Notes: a model not told the origin generated them from the sequence alone. Positions 39,529 through 53,413 are shown, counted from the first letter of the stretch. The stretch: 64,000 nt of DNA from Takakia lepidozioides (GCA_030704615.1 CM060732.1:75454001-75518000), one strand, 5' to 3'. Made by a program: numbers and translations.

Positions 39529-40670
39529 TTATACACCATGATGTCTGCCATGAGTGGCCGAATGGAATCCCTATGGCATATGTTATCATTGCAAGGAGTA
39601 AGACACTAAGACCTACTTACAAGCATGGATGTTTGTGCTTAACATGCAAATGACTAATGTGCATTTGCTTTGGCGTCCCAATGCGTTCATGGAGGACGAT
39701 GCAAATGCTGAAATAAACGCAATCGAGTCAATTTTTCTTCTTCTCGGGACTGTCATACACCATGCACATATTGTGGTGCAATGAAATTACATGAATTGTT
39801 GTATCAACTGCCACCCACGTTTTATATGTCATCCAGACAATGCATTTAGGGTTCTCATTTCTCTCGAAATTGAGCAGGTCTATTAAGAAAGACTCTATTT
39901 ATCTTTTGTATTTGTGGCATGTCCAAAGAGCATGATTGAAAAATATTGTCTCCAAGATAAGAACCTGCCATGCGCCCCAACATTTTATATGATTTGGGGG
40001 GAAATTATATACGATTCTCGGGGGATATCTTGCGACGCTGTTGTTACATGGGCTGTATACAAATTTACTAGCAAGGGGAGAAAGTATCCAACTAAGAAGA
40101 GTTCCTACATTACCTAGAGACGTAATGGTTGCCGAAGGCAAAGATGTAAATCATGGCTTCTCGAAAAATACCGCATGCATCACAAAACACAAATGCAGCA
40201 ATTGAGGCACATCACAACAATTTGAAAGCCCAACTTCACACCACAAACAACATCCTCATGAGCTGTCGTGTTGATGGGCTAATCTCAAAGCTTGTGGGGA
40301 TGTGCTCGTTCATTACTGGTACATGATTCAATTAATGACATATGGCTTTACTCGTAACAAACGGCAGGATGGATTGTATGCAACTTCATTCTAGCTGCCT
40401 ACGACATCCTAGATCCAAATGTGGAGTTGTCCAAAGCAACTGGTGCTGCTGCTCTTTTGAAATATGCACATTGGCCAAACATAATGTACACTGTTCATAA
40501 ACCGGAATCAAAGTGGCCGGCATGTTGTGACTGCACTTGGGCACATAAAAGAAAATTTGTGCGTTCACCAAGTGAAAGTTTTGCAAATGCTTCATCCGCA
40601 CTTGGAGGATGATCTCATCGCTAAGTATTGTGGTTTGTTACTCGGAACCGAAGAAGGGGGCCTCCATAGA
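39529..40670 (+). pseudogene. MULE (Mutator-like) transposase relic with SWIM zinc finger
   Basis: Fragments in order: YTMM...NGIPMAYVI; WRPNAFMEDDANAEINAI; WHVQRA; TNAAIEAHHNNLK; RVD.LI..L...HYWY; SWIM-like CDCTWAHKENLCVHQ. Multiple frameshifts. Confidence 0.75.
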
Positions 40671-40984
40671 CTGATTATAGGCCCAATTTCCCATATACTG
40701 GAGTCACTATCCAAAATGAAGGCACGACTGTTTATGAAGACACTAGCCCAGCTCTGCACAAAACCATCTCTGTCGTAAAGCACAGGAGGGGGAGATGAGA
40801 GGAGACTAAATTGCCTCTGCAGCCTCCGTATAATATGACAACTCAAAATCTGTTTGCAAGTTTTCCCCAAAAAAATAATAATAATAATAAAATCCGGTTT
40901 TTTTTCTTTGCCCCAAATGCGCCACCTTAACGCCATCTTAATCTGGCACCTTAATCCGTCTTTTTTTTTCCCTGAATGTGCTAT

Positions 40985-42420
40985 ATTAAGGTGGCGTCAC
41001 CTTAATCTGGCTGGTCTTCTGGTGTGCTATTTGGGGTGAATGGCATCTACAAATTGCTCGGACCACATAACTTATGATTCGTTGTCATGTCCTTCTTTCA
41101 TGTGACCAGAAATCCACGTTGGGTAAACGTTAGGTCTTTTGCTTGCAAAACAGGGGTTGGGTTCATTTGCAAGTTTTCCAAATAAAAACAAAAATAAAAA
41201 TAAAAAATAAAAAATTCCCCGAATGTGCCAGAATAATCCTTAAACGACGACGCGGCCAATTTGGGTCGCATTGTTCTGCAGGGGAGGGCGTATCTCCATT
41301 GGATGACATCCAATGGAGATGCGGCCTGAACGAATTCTGTAGCCCATCCAGTCCTCTACACGCTGCAGCAAAATTTTTAGGGATTCAATAAATTCCCTGC
41401 ATGCTACAATTTATGGCGTGGCAAGGTTTTGCCATTTTGTGTGGTGCAGGGGTGGCCACGCCCATTGACCGGGCACGGAATCCCCGGATTTGCACAGCTA
41501 GCAGGTCAAACCATTGTTTCCACACATTACCGGCACCAAAAGGCCTGCTTTGCCATTGGCCGGAAAATCCACTCTTTTTCCCATCCATGTATGAACCTTC
41601 CTCCAAATCCCAAATTTTTTTTGCAGAGGCCTTTGCAGTGGATTGCTTCATAGAATGACCGTTGGAATTTCCTAGCAAGTCCCTATTTCAGGGCATTTGG
41701 AAGCCCTCAGCTGACCAGAGCATCTTGGAATAGATTTTTACCCCCCTTGCTTCACATACAAAGCACCCCCCTCTAATTTTGGGGGTTCAGGCCCATTTTT
41801 GCAGGGAGTACTCCTTCACTGACCCAAATTCAGAATCTAGAACCCATTCACTCAGGAAAAATCTGGAAAATGCCAATTTGGCATGGTCAAACCCATTTTT
41901 GTCACATGATTTTTTGCATTTTCATAATTTAGGCCATTTTATTTTGTTATAATCTCCCAAATACAACGGTCAAAGTCTTGTCATTACCACGTCATTTAGG
42001 ATGTCAGTAGGGATGCGCATGTATGGTTCATCCATGTGGATGTCGATGGTTAGGTAGTTACAACGATTTTAGAGAGGGTATATACCTGTTTTGTCAAAAA
42101 GTCCCAAAAGTTAGCTCGTCCCGTAGGCCGGATTAAGGTGTCGTCAACGACACCTTAATCTGGCTGGTCTTCTGGTGTGCTATGTGGGGTAAATGGTATC
42201 TACAAATTGCTCGGACTACATAACATATGATTCGTTGTCATGTCCTTCTTCCTGGTGACCAAAAATCCATGTTGGGTAAACGCAAGGTCTTTTGCTTGCA
42301 AAGGGGTTGGCAAGTTTTACAAAAAAACAAAAAAACAAAAAACAAAAAACAAAAAAATGGTTTTTTTCCCCTGAATGTGCCAGATTAAGGTGGCATTGAC
42401 GCCAGCTTAATCTGGCTTGT
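40985..42420. repeat. Direct repeat of about 250 bp (40985-41235 and 42131-42385) with palindromic TTAAGGTG...CACCTTAA motifs
   Basis: Both copies share CACCTTAATCTGGCTGGTCTTCTGGTGTGCTAT...TTGGGTAAACG...GAATGTGCCAGA. A 14-bp-stem hairpin lies at 42131-42160. Confidence 0.8.
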
Positions 42421-44379
42421 CTACTAGGCTGGAATTAAGCTTCCGCCAAATTAAAATACACTTATTTAAACTCAATAACACATGGATCCATGCGCACATG
42501 CTGATCGGTAAGGATACATGTTGTTACACCCGTCCATGGTTCACTCATCTGGGCAATTTTTAGTCCGACACTCATCCAACGTTCATCCATTCCCTTTTAC
42601 GTTCATCACAGATACATTCATCTGTCATTTTTTCATCGCACATTCGTGCCACATTCTCGTCATGGAGCCTATCTGTCTTCGGTCCGATGGAGAGGAGATT
42701 GTGTCCTTGCAGTGGAGTTTGCGTTCACGACAATAGGCCCACTTTTCCCTCGGTTTTAGGGTCCGCATCACTTATCTGCTCACGCTAAAGATAATCTGCT
42801 CACGCATAAGGGAATCTGCTCACGGGTTCTGCTCACATGGTAGCTGCCCTCGCTCTACTGGATCTGTCTAGAAATGCATGTATGAAAAATGGCATATTTT
42901 CTTCTTCTATGTAAATGATTACAATTACTTGATTGACCATTGCAGGTATATTGAATCATTTTCAGTTCGGAGGCTGCACTGTGTAGTTCTGATGTATTTA
43001 TATGTTGTTCATACCATTTTTTTTGGTGGGTTTTCATTGTCTCATTATACAGTGAATTGGTCTATATGATGCATATGCATTATTCAAATGCTACTGCAAA
43101 GTTTTAGTGCTAGAATACACAGGTTTCTTCATTGGAAAGATATTGTTCAATTATATCTATTGAATTCAATTTAGCCATAGATTGTACATCTCTTCATCCA
43201 TAGAACTTGTTTCGTTCTCATGTAGACTTTTACAGCCTACAAAGTGGTTGTGTGTATGGTTGTCATTTTGTGTTTTTATGCACATCTCTTCATATTCTCC
43301 ACTTGTGCCGAATGATACATGGGCCCCTCGTAACAACTAACCCCTCGACACATATATTACACAATGGGTGTTGGGGGATCCGTTAGCCTTCACTTTATTT
43401 TTTTGTCTCTGAATGGCAGACTCCAATGCCACTCCGAATTTAATATTGTGTACAGAAGGTTTTACACAATATTCATGAGACCTTATGATATATGAGTGTG
43501 GTTGTTACTCCACACATGATGTCTAATTTGTATGCTGCAGTATGTTACCCAAATGGGTCAAATCGATTTTCTATCATTCGTTATTTTCTATCATAATCTA
43601 ATTGGGTTACTGAGCATCTTGCCCTCATAGCCATGGTTGGGCAAATCATGCAATGGGTATTCTTAACACGTATGTAGAGACATTCAGAAGTTTTCTTCAC
43701 CTCTTCTTCATATTGAAATCATGCTTGACCACGCAAAAAAAAAACAACGAACTCCAAATCAGGAGGAGAGGGGTTCCTCTGAACTTGTGTGTGTCAATGC
43801 ACATAGTTCCAAAAAAACCCATGACTCTAGGAATCCATCACTTTGAGCATAAAAACAGAGAGATGGGGCCTTCTGAAATTGTGTGCGTCAACACACACAG
43901 TTCCAGAGGAGCTCATCGCTCCATCATTGACGCACAATTTTTTATTTACATATATATACATTTTTTTTTCGATTGGTTGGAAATCTGAAAAATGACGCAC
44001 ACCGTTTGGTTGACGTACGCCTTTTTCCCACTTTTTGTTTTGTTTTGTTTTGTTCGGTTGATTAGAAATATGGTGTACGTCAACACACACCGTACCCCCT
44101 CCCCCCCCCCCCCCCCCTTAAAATTAATTAATTAATTATTATTGTGTTGGTTGGTTGGAAAAATTGTGTGCGTCAACGCATGCATTTTTCCGGCCAATCC
44201 TCTCCTATCGTCTTTGTTGCAACAATGTTGCACAATGTGGTTATAAAAGATCACAAAGACGTGGTCTGTTTGCACAGCGTGATCTGTTTCTCTTCTGTTG
44301 CTAGAGTGCCTCTTGCCGGGGTCGATTTTGGACCCCACGAACTGGAACGAGAAAACGGTGTGTTGTGTCTCCTCAGGTC

Positions 44380-44745
44380 TAGATCACGACTGCAAGGTGG
44401 AGTCAGCAAGAATTGTGCAGGCACGGGTGACAGATATCATGGATGTTCATCCCTCTCACTACGGTCGGGTGCATACATTGTTTACCGCTGATTATGTTTT
44501 TCATGATAGGGCATATGAGGTTACGGTGAAAAAATTTCCAGATTGCACTTGTCCAGATTTTGTGAGCATGCGAGAGGACAGTCTTGGAAAGAGATGAAAG
44601 TGGGTACTCTGCAAGCATCTCTACTACATATCTGCACATGATGTATATAATGTGACCTCATGAGAGACCAATTCATTCATCAGCCTATGCTTAGTTTCAC
44701 CAATGTTCACATTTTTTTGCAACATGATAGTTCACAAATATATTG
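44380..44745 (+). pseudogene. SWIM zinc-finger fragment (transposon-associated)
   Basis: YEVTVKKFPDCTCPDF...KR*KWVLCKHLYYI...FIHQP is a CxC...CxH SWIM pattern with an internal stop. It is preceded by repeated GTGTGCGTCAAC motifs (43780-44185). Confidence 0.7.
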
Positions 44746-46614
44746 ACTATTTGCCTTTGTGGTCTTCGAGAGCATGTCCCGACACCTAGTGGATATTCCT
44801 AGCTGTCATTCATGTTGAATGCAACTAATATGCTACGGTGGAACATTTCAATATGTCTTTCATTGGGCCATTTTTGGGTGGCTTGAATCTAAATCATAGC
44901 ATGTTTGTTCATCTTTTTTGAATCATAGCATGCTCTACTTTGCCTTTTTTTAATGTCCAGCCTTTTATTGGCATTTTCTGCAAGACATTACATTGCTTCA
45001 TATTGATTGTTTTTGCTCATACTAGTCAATTTTCAACGGTAAAAAGTTGTCTTTGTCTTGCCTTCGGCTATAGGGCCTCCATTTCTTGCTTGACACCCTG
45101 CGCTCATGCTTAGTGTGTAAAGCGTGACCCGAACTCACAGGCTCATGAGGCTAGGCTCACACCGTAGCTACCCTGAGGATAAAGGACTTCAAATGCGCTG
45201 CCTGTTCTTTGAAGACCGAAATGACTTCTATTCTATTCTCAGGGTCTAGATGATTGAGTGGAGGAAGGCGAGCAGCCACGATCGGGAGCAGTGATTCATT
45301 AACTACGTTAGTGTCATGTTGGAATATGTCGTTTGAATCACCTGTGCTGCCAAGGGAAATATCTTGAGGTAGCTTCAATATCCGCCAACGAGTTCTATGT
45401 TTGTGAGCGCGTGTAGGAAGTCTGGAAGGTGCAGGGTCCTGCGAGGTGGGCTTCTTCACTTTGTTCTTGACGACCCCTTGCAATCGTCTTTGTTTCCATA
45501 TCATGCAGTACTTCCTTAGGGCCCTTGGCATTGGCGTGGCCGTGGGTGGCATTGCCATATTTTTGTTTAGGCATGAAGCTTTTATCAATAAGAACCTGTT
45601 CCATGACGCTAGGCAGTTGCACGAATGGGTGGACCAAAAGTGTCACATGTTGAATCCATTAGAACTCCATGGATTGTTTTTTTTTTTTAGCCTATTGCTT
45701 TCAATTTATTTTAGAAAAATATATCGTAGTATATGCCTAACTTTTTAAGTATAGAGTCCCCCCAAAATATTGAAAACATTCTTTGCTAGATATTTTGATC
45801 AGTAATTTGAAAAAATATTTAGATATCAAAACTTAGGGTTTACAACCACTTGTCCATAAACCACCTGACCATTCTAGATTATAGGTTTGCATGCCTTTTT
45901 AGTAAAAGATGACATCCCAAAAACCCAAAACATCAGATGCTATGGACATTTTATTTTTAGGTGTAAAATAGTCTATAGCTCTCAATTCCTAAGTTAATTA
46001 GTCCCTATAAAAGTGGATTTGGGTTGGATTTAAACATGGCACCCCTAGTGTGTTTTCCTTTGTGCCATTATATGATTGTACATGATGTTTTTTTTAGTCC
46101 ATAAGATTTTATGTGTAACATCTGTAGTCCATAGTAATCAACTTTAAAAGTCCATAGCTCTTTGGTATATAATTGGTTTGCAATCTAACAGTTGGTACAC
46201 ATACCTATTGTAGTTAGACACCCTACACCATATAAATTTCGATGAAATATTGAGTTGTTGGACAAATATGAATAAAACCATGAAGGGAGATCATTGTAAA
46301 AACAACATGTTACACAGTTGGTCCATCCATCTGTGCATTTACTTGCTTCCTTGGCCAGCTTCAAAAACAAGGTACGTCTTTCGTTTGTTATCAACTTCAC
46401 GACAACCCTTAAATTTGTGCACGTTCAAATTCTTCTTATTTTTGTAAATTGTGTCTTAGTAGATACTTTTCATGTGGTGAGCACTAGGTTCTTGAACGTG
46501 TGCCTTGGAATGGCCTCGCAAATGAGGTCGACCCACTTGTAGGTGTCATATTCCTCACGGTAGGTGCTCGCGCCTTGTCAACCATTGTGCTCCGCTTCAC
46601 CGTGGTGGTTAGCT

Positions 46615-47017
46615 AATTAGTGAATCTGCGGGGCGTGTTCTCACAATCTTCGTTTCCACATTCTCTCTATGAGTAGGTTGGAAAAGACGCCAACTACAAT
46701 CATTCTCCTCCATAACAACACACCAAATGACGAGATTCCACGGATGAAAGGGATCATGGAGGTTCATCCATTGTAAGACCGGTGAAAGTGGAGAGGTGCA
46801 CAAACAACTCGATAGGAATTAGTGAATCTGCGGTTGTGTTCTCACAATCTTCGTTTCCACATTCTCTCTATGAGTAGGTTGGAAAAGACGCCAACTACAA
46901 TCATTCTCCTCCATAACAACACACCAAATGACGAGATTCCACGGATGAAAGGGATCATGGAGGTTCATCCATTGTAAGACCGGCGAAAGTGGAGAGGTGC
47001 ACAAACAACTCGATAGG
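46615..47017. repeat. Recent tandem duplication, 2 x ~202 bp
   Basis: 46615-46816 and 46817-47017 are nearly identical; the ORF track shows near-identical peptides from the two copies. Confidence 0.95.
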
Positions 47018-47299
47018 ACACTGATACGACATTTCGCTCGTGGGTGTGTTCATTGCAATCGAAAAATCGATCTATTCACATCTCATAGTATATATATCTC
47101 ATGTGCATGTAGTTGGCATGGGTGGAGTCAGCCATGTTCATGGCGTGTATGGTATGGTGGGCCAGTGGGTGGCTCACCCAGTCCAGGCAAAGGACGGGTG
47201 GGCTGGGGGCTGCTGACTGGGCTGTCAGAGCATTCAACTCCAGAGCACTTCTATTATTTGGCCCTCATCTAGGGCTGTATCAAGACCCCTGGTGCAGGC

Positions 47300-47380
47300 C
47301 TTGCAGTTTGGGAGATCTCAACGTCGCTACAAAATAGACAAAACAAAACAAAACAAAACAAACTACCTTGCTTAATAGAT
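47300..47380 (-). repeat. Isolated inverted fragment of the Helitron 5' module
   Basis: GGGAGATCTCAACG...CTACAAAA...CAAAACAAACTACCTTGCTT is the reverse complement of the start of array 1 (15440-15505). Confidence 0.7.
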
Positions 47381-48843
47381 AGATCTCAAGATGATAACAT
47401 GAAGATTGCCGTGTCCTCAATTGGCATCACTACTGACATTTGCATGCAGGACTTCAGTTGTGTGTGCTGGGCAGAAGAGAACTAACATGAGTTGAGCCAA
47501 ATAAACCCACATTAACTGCTAAACAATGGATTCTATAGAGGAATTCCACCCTTGGGCCAACTTGAATCAACAGTTTATACAAAATTGTGCACAGGGGATC
47601 TGCATGTGTGGGGCCCCTGTCTTGTCTCAAACTGGACATCTACACTTGTAAAAATAGTTGCTAGCTAACAATTAGCATAAGAATCAACAATTAGTCTTAA
47701 AAGGAAACTTCATGTCGAGAGCATCCATGGCCAATTTAACGACATGTCTCTAGCAATGCTGTGTTGGGAAAATGCTTGAGCAGTCAGCAGCTCACCATGC
47801 AGCGCCAGCACTGAGATGGAGCATTGATCTGGCATTGTATTTTCGCAGTTAACTGCCTCCCTCCATATATCACTGTTTGCAGCACAGACAGGACAACCTC
47901 CTACTCTTCAACGTGCTCCTTGAGTCACTGCACGAAGTCAGTCAGCTCAAAGTTTCAGTATCTTTGCCAGCAGTAAGCATCTTTACCTTGATCAGGGTGC
48001 ACCGGCGCAACCGCAGGACCTTCCCAGTCATACATTGCCATCTTTCAAACCTTTCAAGTTGGGGCACGTCCACACTTGACCTCAGAAAATGGCTTGTGCT
48101 CCAGACGCAATGACAACCGTCCTTGAATCTTGATTCACAACCAAAAAGCAGATGATCACCCTGGCGAAGGTTATGAAGGCATATAAATCGCTCAGCATGG
48201 GCTGTCCAGCAGTTGGATGTCAAGTCAAACTCGCGGCCCGATATACAACATACTATCATTTGGTCAAGAATGGTTCCTTTTCTTTGCAACCAGAGTCTGA
48301 CTTCTGCGCTCCACAGTCATTTTCTGAATGTCTACCATGTCTGTGTCCATTTCTGTTTGCAGATGGAACCACCTTCGAGCCCCTAGCGTGGACCCAAAAA
48401 CAGAAAAACACAAACTTTCTGCCAAGAGAAGTTAAACCGTCCCATTCTACAAACAAAGGAGAAGCACTCTATCCAAGAGAGCAGAAGATTTCTTTGAGGT
48501 CTCGGCCTTGAAGAAAAAAGAACAAGATTCAGGTAAGATGTGACAAGCTAGTGCAGTCTCATGCAAACTCTACTTCTTGAAGCATGGTAGCAAAATTTGC
48601 AAATCCAAACATTGGCATGCTCAAACAGCCTAATGAAGGATGTAGACAATCTCTCCAACAATCCATATCTCATGTTCTACCCCTGCTGCTCTGCCTACAT
48701 CTATGTCTAGCTGCCTAGCATGGTAATATAACATTGTGAATCACACTTGTACCGTTACCGCGAAAGACCTGCTTCCAACAGCCTGAACTTTGCTGGTTAG
48801 AAAACCATTCTCCCGGGGCCCCTCCCAATTCTTCTGTATACAG

Positions 48844-50586
48844 TCAACTCTCTAGGCACCTGTTTACCCCATTCTTGCAATCCTTGGTGAGGTCATTGAA
48901 TGTCTCAATCTTCATCTTGCCTTTGTACAACATTTCTGAGTCTATTTCTACCCTCATGTACCCGTCAAAAGGAACCGGGCTGCCACCGTTCAGGGCCATG
49001 GTTGCATTGTACCATTCACTATTGACACTCCACAGGTCCTTAAAATCATCCAGGACATAAACCTTGTAGAGGCCCCTGAGCTTGTCAAAGTATGTGGGCT
49101 CGACCTCATTGGTAGCAATATAGATCTTCCGGCCCTGCAAAATCCTATGTTCCAGCTTTGCTACAATATTTTCAGGTGACGTGTCTGCATCCAACTGTGG
49201 CCAAAGCTCCTTGTCTTTCACTTTCCACCCGCGTACCACATGCAGAGTATCAAAATCCCAATCAAGCTTATTGCAAATTGCAGTTACAATATCCATCAGT
49301 CGCTTTGATTTCCACATGAAGTGCCAGGGCCGTTCAATATACTTCTCCGCCTCCCCCTCGCAGACACGGTACCAGTAATTGTTGGCCTCCTCTTTGTCAT
49401 CAAACTTCCTATACAGAATAGTGCTGGTTTCGTTCTTCAGCTGTGAGGGTGCCACCTTATAGTCCGTCACATAATGTACGTTGAGCTCATGCTGGGGATG
49501 CTTAGAGTTCCAATCGAGCCATTGCTGCTCAAAGGTATTTTTCTCAATGATAGGCGTCACCTCCTTGAGATGCTCATAATCGAAATAGAATCTAAAATCC
49601 TTGTCAATCTCGTCGGTATGGCCTGGATTGTTCTCTGCCGACAGACACAACTCCAGATCCATCACGAACGTACGGCTGAGGTAGCGCGCCTCTCCTAGTG
49701 CGCACAGGAAGCTCCACATAAACTGATTCATGCTCTTACAATAATCCCCCCCTCGTTGGTAGAAGAGATAGTTGTGCTCGCCAAATGTCCTGTTCAGCTT
49801 CGCTGAGATAGGGCCCACTGCGTCCAGCACCACATCCACCCCTCCCTCAAGAGTCTGTTGCTCTGCAGCTTGGGCGGGGAGACCAGTTCTTTCCCCATCG
49901 CCAATTTTAGGTCTCCTAGTAGGCCGGGCACTGACCCCAGAATGCCAAGCTCCTATTGTCAACACAGAAAATGAACAGTCTTTGTTCCTCTTCAATGCGT
50001 ACCGTCTAAAGTCCCTGTACATCCTTGGGGTCTTCATATTCTTGGCACGGTACTTCCAAGCAACATCACATTGTTTGTCTGTGGAGCCCCTTACGGGAGC
50101 ACGATACTGGTAGAAATTGAGGGCTGGAAAATGATCCAGATTGTATTGTTCAATGGCGGCCTTAACCCCCGGATCCGAGCACTCAATCGTGGCGGTGGAG
50201 GTATCGCAGCTTCCTTCCAGCCGTGCGGCTTCCTCAGCTTTGACAGTGGCATTTTGCACAAATTCTTGAGATATCGCGGGGGGAACGGTTGAGTAGTTGG
50301 ACTCGCTCTTCATGTCATCGCCTGTGATGATGACGGTGTCGTCCGTTTGGAAAGTCGACTTGTCAATGCTGCTGAACAACCGGTTGTATGATTTCGCCTG
50401 CTGATGCCATGGATCGGGGGACTTGTATGTTATAGCAATCACTGTGAAGGTGAGGACCGAGATAACAAAAAATGCAAAACACACATTGCTTGCAATCCTC
50501 ACAAGGCGCTGGCCAAGCGCCTCGGTATGCAGGTTCCCTTGAGACAAAACCCTGTCTAAGAAGGAAGGCTTGTCTAAGAACCTCAT
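48844..50586 (-). CDS. SUB1-like type II membrane protein (O-fucosyltransferase-fold family, At4g08810/At2g04280-like), 580 aa, intronless
   Basis: N-terminal TM segment (NVCFAFFVISVLTFTVIAITY) and family motifs CDVAWKYR, YRDFRR, GGDYCKSMNQFMWSFLCALGEARYLSRTFVMDL, KDFRFYFDYEHLK, WYRVCEGE, IYIATNE and ETFNDLTKDCKNGVN. Confidence 0.9.
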   Translation of the reverse strand: MRFLDKPSFLDRVLSQGNLHTEALGQRLVRIASNVCFAFFVISVLTFTVIAITYKSPDPWHQQAKSYNRLFSSIDKSTFQTDDTVIITGDDMKSESNYSTVPPAISQEFVQNATVKAEEAARLEGSCDTSTATIECSDPGVKAAIEQYNLDHFPALNFYQYRAPVRGSTDKQCDVAWKYRAKNMKTPRMYRDFRRYALKRNKDCSFSVLTIGAWHSGVSARPTRRPKIGDGERTGLPAQAAEQQTLEGGVDVVLDAVGPISAKLNRTFGEHNYLFYQRGGDYCKSMNQFMWSFLCALGEARYLSRTFVMDLELCLSAENNPGHTDEIDKDFRFYFDYEHLKEVTPIIEKNTFEQQWLDWNSKHPQHELNVHYVTDYKVAPSQLKNETSTILYRKFDDKEEANNYWYRVCEGEAEKYIERPWHFMWKSKRLMDIVTAICNKLDWDFDTLHVVRGWKVKDKELWPQLDADTSPENIVAKLEHRILQGRKIYIATNEVEPTYFDKLRGLYKVYVLDDFKDLWSVNSEWYNATMALNGGSPVPFDGYMRVEIDSEMLYKGKMKIETFNDLTKDCKNGVNRCLES

Positions 50587-53413
50587 TTTGAAGGTCTAAC
50601 GTCTGCCCACTTCGTACAGCTTATTAGTACTAATGTGGGCGCAGCTGCCCACCGCTGCCAGCACCCTGGAACTGCATGAGCCGTCCCACCGTCACTCCCC
50701 CCTAACAACAGCGATCGTTTGCTACCTTCACACTGTCCGCCTTCCTCTGCTCCTCCCCAAAGTACAGTGTCTTTGTGAACTGCACGCCGAAGGCTGTGGA
50801 CTGACTTTCTCCTTCTTTCGTGAAGTGGGCAACCTTCGGATTAGGGTAGGGTAGATAACCCGCCCATAAACATGATTACCGCGCTAACTGCTTTCAGTTT
50901 TTTAGTAGATGGATCTCGTATCGTATCTTCGAATGTTGTGGGTATAATTGTATCTCAATTTAGTGGAGTGTGTACTGAAATGCATGTGTGTGTGTCTGTG
51001 AGGGAGGGAGAGAGAGAGAGAGCTTCAAAGATTGGATGTGAAAAAATAGACAACCATGATCGAAAACAACCACGGAAAATATGTTGAAAGCTTTCAGAAT
51101 GTGTGAATAAGACTCCGCTCATGCAACCAGGGAAAGCGACTGAAAGGAGAACTGTTTCAGGTCAAGTATCGACAAGTTAAGCTCAGGGGATGAGCAAGGA
51201 GGCGGCATACACGCAAATACCCTACAACCCTAGATACAGCCCTGGAGGAAACGAAGATTTTTCAGACCCTGGTCAACGGTGGAGCAATCGAGGCACTAAG
51301 GTGAATGCCTTCTAAGTTACAGGACAGGAGACAACGAAAAAGCTTCGCAAAGTAAGGATAGTGGCCAGGTTCTCTCTTAACGTCACTGTGACTGGCATGC
51401 AAACAGATACGCATGTGTTACATTTGTTGTAAGCTAGTGGAGCAGCTCTCGATCAAACTCATGCTTTCCTAACTGAGGACAACTTTAGCCCATTAATCAT
51501 CATTCAGTTTCTGTAACCGGACTGTCGTTGACCAAGCGCTATGGAAATTACAGGTTGACACGAGTACCCTGATGGTCCAGAGTGGCAGCAAGGTTGGTTT
51601 CTTTCTACTTCTCTCTCTCTCATACTTTCCTTTTTTGTTTTACCACCAATTGAGATTTGGTAGTTAGGGGTGGGGCGGTGGCTAAATAAATTAGGGTTGT
51701 AATTGTCAGCTACTTGCAGCCAGGGAGAGGATCTTTGCAGTTTTGTGGAGGCAATGTAGATCCATTCCTGAGCATAAGAGTACGAAAAAGGCACGGGGAC
51801 TATGTACAGCTGCAAGAAACCTGTGTGGGCGGAGGGTGAATTGGGCAAGCTGTATGCAGCTAGGGTAACTATCATGAATCTAGATTTAGTATCTTCCTTC
51901 TTCTTCAGCAAATTTGGGTTTGTTCAGCTCATCAGATGGACGAGATGAGAACTGTCAGTTTGCTCCTTTAGGGCTCTTTCTTCCCGCTACCGCAAGGGGT
52001 TTGCTTGAAGAGCATGCACGCTTCTTTGTCATACCGGGCTTTGTGAATTTGGTTGTGGATCTCTTGTGTGACTGAGTGTTTTGACATGTACTGCTACTGG
52101 AGTTGCATGCAGATACTTAATGGAGGTAAGGAGAGGCTTTGGAAGAATGTTTTGCTAACCCTGGTCAATGAAGCGGACAACAACATGCATTGAAAACTGT
52201 CATGAATATTCATTCTGCCTTTGTCTCTCTTTACCAGCAATTCGGCACAGGAGCTAGTATGGGAGGCGGTGGTGGCATTTTCTATGTATATTAGTTGGCA
52301 TGGTCAGCTACTTGCGGCAAGGGGGAAGATCCATGCGTTTTGGTTGTGGAGGCTGGGATAGCTCAGCAGGTGGGAGTGGAGTGTGGGGGCAGATCCATCC
52401 TCCCTCATCAGGTTTCATGCAAAAGAGCACCAACAAGGAACTGTGGTTTGAGAGCTACAACAAACCTCCATGGGTTGATAGCAACTGGAATCAGGGGCAG
52501 CGCAGTTGTTAAATAGAAACCTCCACCATGACAATTGCTTTTCACAGAGGGTTAAGAGATGGAAGTCCACTAGAACTCTTCTGGCACTTCTGAGGATGTG
52601 AGGACACTATGTGAGGAAAACTGAAAGAATGCATTTTGCATTTTTAACCAAGGGGGCATTGCGGCAGACTCCATTACCTATGTCTATCGCTTGCAGGAGT
52701 ACATCAAAGTAAAAGGCCTAGCTGAGGGAAAGCAGGTGCACACACACCATCAAAAGTTGGTTTCAGGCCAAACAGTTTCCACAGAACACCCCCATCAACA
52801 TGCATACCAAGTGCCGGAGCATTCCCTAGTGTTTGACAAAATGCCTGAATGAGGTGTGTTTATGTGGAAAATCTTGATGGCAGGATGTGCCAAACATAGG
52901 TGTCATGGAGGCCTTCAAGAAATGATACAGCAAGGGTGGTGCCCAATGAAGATATGTTAGCTTGCGTTTTCAAGAGGTGTACTAGCCAGGCAGTCTTGGA
53001 GAAGGGGAAAGAGCTGCATGCTGACATTATGAAAGCTGGAATCATGCTAAATATCATCTGACACTGCTGATCAACTTCTATGCCAAATCCGGGAACAGAA
53101 AGGATGCAACTTGAGTGTTCAACCATATGCCTCGAACAAATGTGGTCTCGTGAGCACAGGATATGCCCAGCAACATGTGTATGGTATGGGGGCTTGTGAG
53201 ACCTGTGAGCAAATGATAGGGAAAATGGTAACACCCAACCAAGTCACATTCAGTTCCTTTCTCAACACCAGTCAGGGCAACCCTCTAGAAGGGCTCCATG
53301 CTGATGTTAATTGTTTCTCTGCTTCATTCTTCGCTTCCTGGCTTGGCTTTCTTCGCGCTTCTCTTCTTTCCTTCATTCCTTCCTTCCTGTAGCTCCGTTC
53401 GCACTTCTTGTCC

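Noticed and set aside
45157-48500. Short ORFs as gene fragments (for example F-box/LRR-like)
   Set aside because: No diagnostic motif or consistent splice structure could be supported by eye.
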